Program-made: the position numbers and the translations under genes
Notes under the pieces: model-generated
The model's input: the letters and a program-made list of their open reading frames with translations, nothing else
What the model was told of the DNA's origin: nothing
Databases searched by the model: none
From: a bacterium
GTDB lineage: Bacteria; UBA8248
Reading direction: 5' to 3'
Assembly: GCA_965203325.1 (NCBI GenBank)
Contig: OZ241875.1
Span: 4,320,001 to 4,384,000, forward strand
Length of the DNA: 64,000 bases
Part shown: positions 57,873-64,000 of the stretch, piece by piece
Numbering within the stretch: the first letter of the stretch is position 1
Layout of the letters: each line of letters begins with the position of its first letter

Positions 57873-58436
57873 TTGCCAGACAGAACATGTATAGCTTGCC
57901 GGAATAAAGGAGATGCGAATATTTTTTTTAGGATGGTAATAAGCCCCGTTGGGGGTATCGTTTGCGAGCTAGGAAGAAAATTGCCGGGAAGAGGGGCACA
58001 TTGTTGTTTTGACATGAATTGCATTTCAAAGTTTGTTTCTTCGAATCGCTTGAAAATTGCGCTGAAAAAAAGGCATTTCAAGATTGATTCGGACGAATTG
58101 CTTCAGAATGTGAGAATGCTTCTTAGGAGAAACCTCGAAGGCATGTTGATTGCTTCTAAGAGAAAGGGTGTACTTACCTTTGGGAAAGACGCGGTATTTA
58201 AGAAGGTAAAACTCTCGAAAGTGGGAAAACCGTTTGTTTCCAAAGATACATCCTCCAAAAACTTGATAAACTTGAAGCGGATTTCTGAAGAATTTTATGT
58301 GCTCCCTTTTGCTATGAATGAACTCGGGGAGTTTTTTGATCGAAAACCGGTTGGCGTGTTATTTATAGATGACGCTCTTCTTGTAAACAGCATCTGCTTG
58401 CGCTTGGGACAGGAAAGAGCCATTAGTAATGGTTGA
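57873..58436 (+). CDS. YlxR/DUF448 RNA-binding protein fused to L7Ae-like domain
   Basis: PDRTCIACR, GRGAHCC...C. C-terminal half with G.L.FG.D.V and ELG; lies between nusA and infB. Confidence 0.75.
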   Translation: MPDRTCIACRNKGDANIFFRMVISPVGGIVCELGRKLPGRGAHCCFDMNCISKFVSSNRLKIALKKRHFKIDSDELLQNVRMLLRRNLEGMLIASKRKGVLTFGKDAVFKKVKLSKVGKPFVSKDTSSKNLINLKRISEEFYVLPFAMNELGEFFDRKPVGVLFIDDALLVNSICLRLGQERAISNG

Positions 58437-58514
58437 AGCAAGAAATGCAGTGGGGTTCATCTTGGGTTTGTTTTGATTGGACAATGGATGTGAATCATCT
58501 GCAGTGGAGGTTTC

Positions 58515-60773
58515 ATGGCAAGCGTACGAGTATACCAACTGGCTAAAAATCTCGGATATGACAGCAGAACGTTTGTTGAGGAGTTGGCCAGGGAAGGAAT
58601 CGTAGTTAAAAGCCATATGAGCACCGTGGATGATGAAACAGCAGAGCTTGTCATGGCGCTTTTTTCTCAGGAAGCACTCCAGGAGGAAAAAGAAGCTCCG
58701 GCAAGCAAGACGGAAAAAAAGGTTTCCGTAAAAACGAAAGCTGCAACGCCGAAAAAAGCAACTGAGCCTACCTCCGAAGATGCAGAATCCCAGGAAGTGT
58801 CAACAGTCTCTCCTATCACTCAAGAAACGGCAGTTCAAACGAAAGTCGCACCAGAAGATGCCGCTGTTGACGAAAAGCCAAGTACGGGAAAAGACAAGGC
58901 TGGCACAGACGAACAAACAGTTTCAGATCACGCAACACCGTTGCCTGAAGATAACGTCCTCACACCATCCCCAAGTTCCAAAGTTGCTCGGGATGTCAGC
59001 ACGGAGAAACCTTCTCGCCGACATGGGGGGCGTGTACGTATTGCAGAGACAATTACGGTGAAAGAACTTGCTGAGAAAATTAACGTGAAGGCGACGGAAG
59101 TTATCAAGGAATTAATGAAAAAAGGCCAGATGACGACTATCAATCAAATGATTGATCACAATACGGCTACCGATATATCTGAGACCTTCGGCTATGAAGT
59201 TGAAATATCGAAAGACAATATTGAAGATCTGCTGATTCAGGAAGAGGACAGAGAAGAAGATCTTTTGCCCAGATCCCCCGTTATAACAATTATGGGTCAT
59301 GTTGATCATGGCAAAACAAGGCTTCTCGACGCCATCCGCAAAGCCAACGTAATGGAAGGCGAAGCAGGCGGGATCACGCAGCATATTGGCGCCTACCGGG
59401 TTACTACGGACAAGGGGACGGCTGTATTTCTAGATACCCCGGGACACGAAGCCTTTACAGCGATGAGGGCGCGTGGGGCACAAGTAACAGATTTGGTAAT
59501 CATCGTAGTGGCTGCGAATGAAGGCGTTATGCCTCAAACTCGAGAGGCAATCGATCATGCGAAAGCCGCCGGAGTTCCGATTATGGTGGCGATGAATAAG
59601 ATGGACTTGGCAGACGCTAATCCCGACAGAGTAAAACAGCAACTCTCGACATTGGATTTAATCCCGGAAGATTGGGGTGGAGATACGGTTTATTCTGAAA
59701 TTTCCGCAAAAGAGAACATTGGAATTGATGATCTTTTGGACCTCGCCATTCTTCAGGCTGAACTCATGGAGTTGAAAGCGAACCCGGGCCGGCTTGCCAG
59801 CGGTATTGTTGTGGAAGCGAAGCTGGATAGGGGCCGTGGGCCAGTAGCTACTGTTTTGGTTCAACGAGGTACTTTGAATGTGAGTGATAACTTTGTGGCC
59901 GGTAAATGGAATGGCAAAGTTCGCGCACTATTAGATGATCAGGGGCGAAAGTTGAAGTTCGCAGGACCTTCTACGCCAGTAGAAATTTTAGGATTCGCCG
60001 GTGTTCCAGAGGCTGGTGATACATTTACGGTTTTAGAAGATGACAAGATGGCGAGAGAGATAAGCGCAAGGCGTCAACAACGTGAACGTATGGCGGCGCT
60101 TATGGCTTCTGCGCGTGTTTCTTTGGAAAGTTTCATGGAAAGCGTAAAAGAAGGACAGGTGAAAGAACTGAGCTTAATCTTGAAGGCGGATGTGCAGGGA
60201 AGCATAGAAGCATTGAAAGAATCTTTGGGTAAGCTAGGAAATGAGGAAGTGGGAGTTAAGGTGCTGCATAGTGCGGTAGGTGGCATCACAGAAACCGACG
60301 TGATGCTTGCAGCTGCCTCGGCAGCCGTAATCGTAGGTTTTAACGTTCGTCCGACGCCGGGAGCTAGAGAAGTCGCAAAACATGAAAAAGTAGACATCCG
60401 ATTATATTCTGTCATCTATGATGCTATTGATGAAATTAAGTCGGCTCTTGAAGGAATACTCGAACCCGCTCAGCAAGAAGTAGTACGTGGACACGCAGAA
60501 ATCCGGGAACTATTCCATGTCCCCAATGTGGGAACCATAGCGGGTTGTTATGTCACTGACGGAAATATCAACAGAAATTCGAATGTGCGTCTCATCCGGG
60601 ATAATGTAGTCATATATACGGGCAAAATTTCATCTTTGAGGCGGTTCAAAGATGATGTAAACGAGGTGCAATCCGGTTATGAGTGTGGGATCGGAATTGA
60701 AAATTATAATGACATCAAGCAAGGCGATATCATAGAACCATATGTTACGGAAGAAGTATCTCGGACGCTTTAG
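58515..60773 (+). CDS. infB: Translation initiation factor IF-2
   Basis: [35 protein letters not shown]. Confidence 0.98.
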   Translation: MASVRVYQLAKNLGYDSRTFVEELAREGIVVKSHMSTVDDETAELVMALFSQEALQEEKEAPASKTEKKVSVKTKAATPKKATEPTSEDAESQEVSTVSPITQETAVQTKVAPEDAAVDEKPSTGKDKAGTDEQTVSDHATPLPEDNVLTPSPSSKVARDVSTEKPSRRHGGRVRIAETITVKELAEKINVKATEVIKELMKKGQMTTINQMIDHNTATDISETFGYEVEISKDNIEDLLIQEEDREEDLLPRSPVITIMGHVDHGKTRLLDAIRKANVMEGEAGGITQHIGAYRVTTDKGTAVFLDTPGHEAFTAMRARGAQVTDLVIIVVAANEGVMPQTREAIDHAKAAGVPIMVAMNKMDLADANPDRVKQQLSTLDLIPEDWGGDTVYSEISAKENIGIDDLLDLAILQAELMELKANPGRLASGIVVEAKLDRGRGPVATVLVQRGTLNVSDNFVAGKWNGKVRALLDDQGRKLKFAGPSTPVEILGFAGVPEAGDTFTVLEDDKMAREISARRQQRERMAALMASARVSLESFMESVKEGQVKELSLILKADVQGSIEALKESLGKLGNEEVGVKVLHSAVGGITETDVMLAAASAAVIVGFNVRPTPGAREVAKHEKVDIRLYSVIYDAIDEIKSALEGILEPAQQEVVRGHAEIRELFHVPNVGTIAGCYVTDGNINRNSNVRLIRDNVVIYTGKISSLRRFKDDVNEVQSGYECGIGIENYNDIKQGDIIEPYVTEEVSRTL

Positions 60774-60809
60774 GTTGATTTATTTGGATTTTTTTGAAAT
60801 CTTCACTCC

Positions 60810-61094
60810 ATGCCTGTCGTTGGTCTTTTGAAAATCGATGTTCAAATACCTGAATGCCGTTCGCTCAAAGCAAAGCGTAAGATAGTTCAGTCGATCACCT
60901 CACGCCTGCGTCAAAGATTTAATGTATCTGTCGCTGAGGTCGATTTCCAAGACAAGTGGCAGAGGTGTCGTATCGGCGTGAGTGTCGTAAGCAATGACAG
61001 TCGGTTTGTAGATAGCCAGCTTCGAAAAGTGCTGAATTGCCTTGAAGGAATGGGGTTAGCGAATGTATTGGATTTTGATATCGAGATTTTTTGA
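60810..61094 (+). CDS. DUF503 (YlxP) family protein
   Basis: SLKAKRKIV, RFNVSVAEVD.QDKWQ. Confidence 0.9.
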   Translation: MPVVGLLKIDVQIPECRSLKAKRKIVQSITSRLRQRFNVSVAEVDFQDKWQRCRIGVSVVSNDSRFVDSQLRKVLNCLEGMGLANVLDFDIEIF

Positions 61095-61118
61095 AATCTA
61101 TGGAGAACAATTGAAAGC

Positions 61119-61472
61119 ATGAATAATTCTCGCATGCTGCGGGTAGCGGAACTTATACAATCCGAAATCGCGAATATGGTGATGAGGGACGTGAAGGATC
61201 CGCGTGTGCAACATGTTGTGATTACTCGAGTAGAAATGTCTCCGGATTTAAGAGTAGCGAAGGTGTACTTTAGCCGATACGGTGAAAATCAAGGAAATGT
61301 TGAAGAGACGGAAGAGGGATTCAAGGGACTCGAACGCGCCAGTGGATTCTTGCAGAGAAAACTTGCCGAACGTTTGCAATTGAAAAGTACGCCCAGGCTA
61401 AAATTCTTTTTTGATCACAGTTTGGCGTACAGCGCCGAGATTGAACGTTTGTTATCCGATGTAAAGAGATAA
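61119..61472 (+). CDS. rbfA: Ribosome-binding factor A
   Basis: RVAELIQ.EI, KDPR, SPDL..AKVY, TPRL.F.FD.S. Confidence 0.95.
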   Translation: MNNSRMLRVAELIQSEIANMVMRDVKDPRVQHVVITRVEMSPDLRVAKVYFSRYGENQGNVEETEEGFKGLERASGFLQRKLAERLQLKSTPRLKFFFDHSLAYSAEIERLLSDVKR

Positions 61473-61489
61473 GTTCGAGAAAGGATGAG

Positions 61490-62419
61490 ATGTTGGAAAT
61501 ATCGGGTGTTTTGAATCTGAAGAAACAGCATGGTCCTACTTCACACGATATGGTTGATGAAGTGAGAAAGCTGCTCCCTGGAAAAACAAAAGCGGGGCAT
61601 GCAGGCACACTTGACCCTATGGCCGAAGGAGTGTTGCCGATTTGTATCGGTCCCTCAACGAAATTGTTCTCATATTTTTTGGAGTGCAAGAAAACGTATC
61701 GGGCTGTCATGTTGTTTGGACGAGTCACGGACACCCAAGACATAACGGGAAAATTGCTGTTCGAATCTGAGCCTGGGGATATTACACTATCTCGAGCCCA
61801 AGAGCTTCTGAATGCAATGTTGGGCAAGACAAAGCAGTTGCCTCCGATGTATTCTGCTTTGAAAGCGAATGGAAAGCGTCTGCATGAATTAGCGCGCTCT
61901 GGCAAGGAAATTGAAAGAGAAAAACGACCTATCGAGGTGTTTAGAATTAAGGCAATCGGTATAGATGGCCCCCAACTTACTTTTGATGTTACATGTTCTC
62001 GGGGAACGTATATTCGCTCTATTTGTCATGATGTCGGTGCCAATCATGGAGCCGGCGGGTGTTTGCAAGCACTCACGCGAACTGCTTTGGGCCCGTTTGA
62101 ACTCGCGGATTCGGTTTCTCTCGAAGATGCTCGGCAACATTCGAAAGAAAGACGCCTTAAAGATATTCTCATGAGTCCGGCACAGGCTCTCGCACATTTA
62201 CCTGCCATTTATGTTCGCCCGAGAGCGGAGGTGCGGGTATTGAATGGTGCTATGATCAGGTTCGAAGATGTTCGGGAAGTCGTTGACTTGCCGGTAGATA
62301 CTCGTGTCCGCATGCTGAATGAACCGGGTGAGTTATTGGCAGTCGGAAAGTTGGTCCATGAAAACAAACGAAAACGAAGTCAGGGGTTTGTCGCCCCTGA
62401 AAAAGTGTTTGTCACCTAG
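61490..62419 (+). CDS. truB: tRNA pseudouridine(55) synthase
   Basis: GHAGTLDPMAEGVL, QLPPMYSALK, CSRGTYIRS. Confidence 0.97.
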   Translation: MLEISGVLNLKKQHGPTSHDMVDEVRKLLPGKTKAGHAGTLDPMAEGVLPICIGPSTKLFSYFLECKKTYRAVMLFGRVTDTQDITGKLLFESEPGDITLSRAQELLNAMLGKTKQLPPMYSALKANGKRLHELARSGKEIEREKRPIEVFRIKAIGIDGPQLTFDVTCSRGTYIRSICHDVGANHGAGGCLQALTRTALGPFELADSVSLEDARQHSKERRLKDILMSPAQALAHLPAIYVRPRAEVRVLNGAMIRFEDVREVVDLPVDTRVRMLNEPGELLAVGKLVHENKRKRSQGFVAPEKVFVT

Positions 62420-62553
62420 ATTCAAGAGAATATCTGCTCCGTATTTACATTGATGGAAAAGTCGTATAGAATCCGCCCGTTTTCGTGAAGTTCCGCCAAT
62501 GTAATTTAGCAGGTTCGAGAGCGGCAATATAAGCAGTGGAGGAAGTGACAGAA

Positions 62554-62823
62554 ATGCCCCTAGCAAAGGAGCGAAAATCGGAAGTTATCGGAAAATTTCG
62601 CACACATGACACCGATACTGGTTCACCAGAAGTGCAGGTAGCTATTCTGACCGAGCGTATTACCTACCTCACAGACCATTTCAAGACCCACAAGAAAGAT
62701 CATCATTCCCGAAGAGGTCTATTGAAACTCGTGGGTCAGCGGCGTCGCCTCCTTGATTATCTGAAAGAGAAGGACATCAACCGCTACCGCACGATAATTC
62801 AGGATCTTGGCCTGCGTCGTTAG
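62554..62823 (+). CDS. rpsO: 30S ribosomal protein S15
   Basis: [38 protein letters not shown]. Confidence 0.98.
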   Translation: MPLAKERKSEVIGKFRTHDTDTGSPEVQVAILTERITYLTDHFKTHKKDHHSRRGLLKLVGQRRRLLDYLKEKDINRYRTIIQDLGLRR

Positions 62824-62855
62824 ATGTGGGTCTTGCCTCAGAGGGAAGCAATCTA

Positions 62856-64000
62856 ATGCCACCGTATCGTAAAGACATTTCTATCAACGGTTATACACTT
62901 GCATTCGAAACGGGTGAGATAGCCAAGCAAGCCGGTGGTGCTGTAATGATGCATTATGGTGAAACCAGTGTGCTGTGTACGGCTTGTGCTTCGCACTCTC
63001 CGCGTGAGGGAATAGATTTTTTCCCGCTTACCGTTGACTACCGAGAATTTTTCTATGCCGCAGGAATTATTCCCGGCAACTTTTTCCGGCGCGAAGCAAA
63101 ACCTGGCGAGAGGGAAACATTAACTTGTCGTTTGATTGATAGGCCGATTCGTCCTCTATTTCCCAAAGAATTTCGTTGTGAGACGATGATTCAGGTTATG
63201 GTCATGTCTTACGATAAGTTGAATGATTCCGACATCTTGGCAATCAACGGGACCTCTGCCGCCCTCCACATTTCGGATATCCCTTTTGCCGGCCCTATCG
63301 GTGCTGTTCGCGTTGGGCGAATTGATGGCGAGATTATCGTCAATCCGACGGTCGAACAACAAATTGACAGCGATCTGAATTGTGTAATGGCTGGAACTTC
63401 GGACGCGATAGTCATGGTGGAAGCAGGCAGTTTTGAAGTTTCAGAAGACGTCTACATGGAAGCGTTTGAGCAAGGCCATTCTGTGATTAAAGAGTTGTGC
63501 GCTATGCAGGATGAACTAAGAGCAGAATGTGGGAAGACGAAACGCGTCGTCGAGCCTGAAGAAGAAAATGCGGAACTCATGGAGAAGGTTCGTGAAATTG
63601 TTGTTCCAAAATTAAAGACGGCTGCCGAGATTCACGACAAAATGGGACAATACGGCGCAATTGATGAGGCGAAAGCTGCTGCAATTGATTCTCTTTGCAG
63701 TGACGAAGAGGGAGCTCCCGATGGGGGAGTCGTCTCTGAGTATTTTGGCAAAATCGAAAAAGAAGTTTTCCGTGGCTTGATTCTGGATGAGAACAAACGT
63801 TCTGATGGGCGGGGGCTCCGTGATGTCAGGCCGATTACCATCAGGATATCGCCCCTTTCCAGACCCCATGGCAGTGCACTGTTCACGCGAGGTGAGACCC
63901 AGGCGCTGGTGACCGTAACGCTCGGAACTGCCTCCGAAGCGCAATTGATAGACAGCTTGGACGGGAAAGCCGACAGGACTTTTCTGCTGCACTATAATTT
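62856..64000 (+). CDS. pnp: Polyribonucleotide nucleotidyltransferase, 5' part; runs off the window
   Basis: Manual translation: [54 protein letters not shown]. Confidence 0.97.
   Translation, partial: MPPYRKDISINGYTLAFETGEIAKQAGGAVMMHYGETSVLCTACASHSPREGIDFFPLTVDYREFFYAAGIIPGNFFRREAKPGERETLTCRLIDRPIRPLFPKEFRCETMIQVMVMSYDKLNDSDILAINGTSAALHISDIPFAGPIGAVRVGRIDGEIIVNPTVEQQIDSDLNCVMAGTSDAIVMVEAGSFEVSEDVYMEAFEQGHSVIKELCAMQDELRAECGKTKRVVEPEEENAELMEKVREIVVPKLKTAAEIHDKMGQYGAIDEAKAAAIDSLCSDEEGAPDGGVVSEYFGKIEKEVFRGLILDENKRSDGRGLRDVRPITIRISPLSRPHGSALFTRGETQALVTVTLGTASEAQLIDSLDGKADRTFLLHYN

Noticed and set aside
62420..62553. Ribosomal S15 leader RNA
   Set aside because: Plausible by position, but I could not identify a supporting structure by eye.

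Overview
Bacterial chromosomal window with no rRNA, tRNA, CRISPR array, prophage or full-length transposase seen. About 1-53.6 kb is GC-rich accessory and metabolic DNA. It holds (i) an oxidoreductase/branched-chain-type ABC catabolic cluster with a triple-RidA-domain protein, (ii) a fatty-acid desaturase with an unusual Ala-rich tail, (iii) ilvC, (iv) a variant System I cytochrome c maturation operon (ccmE-F-x-x-A-B-C-D-H plus two TlpA), (v) an Fe3+/polyamine-type ABC transporter with two ATPases and a CapA-like metallophosphatase, and (vi) HU, miaB, a UvrD helicase and a MetE-type protein. At 46.6-51.3 kb lies a repeat-dense islet: an orphan BrnA, a nested MITE-like element with a 4-bp target duplication, a Dam-family methylase plus PD-(D/E)XK nuclease, an orphan HicB, a CxxCH protein and a second related MITE. 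The islet also carries an AhpD/CMD-family gene that the ORF track splits, because it has an in-frame TGA in a CxxU motif followed by a SECIS-like hairpin (probable selenoprotein). A 2-oxoacid/acetoin dehydrogenase E1a/E1b/E2 cluster follows. The window ends with the core rimP-nusA-ylxR-infB-DUF503-rbfA-truB-rpsO-pnp operon, which is much more AT-rich than the accessory DNA. All family calls come from motif recognition by eye; no database searches were run.
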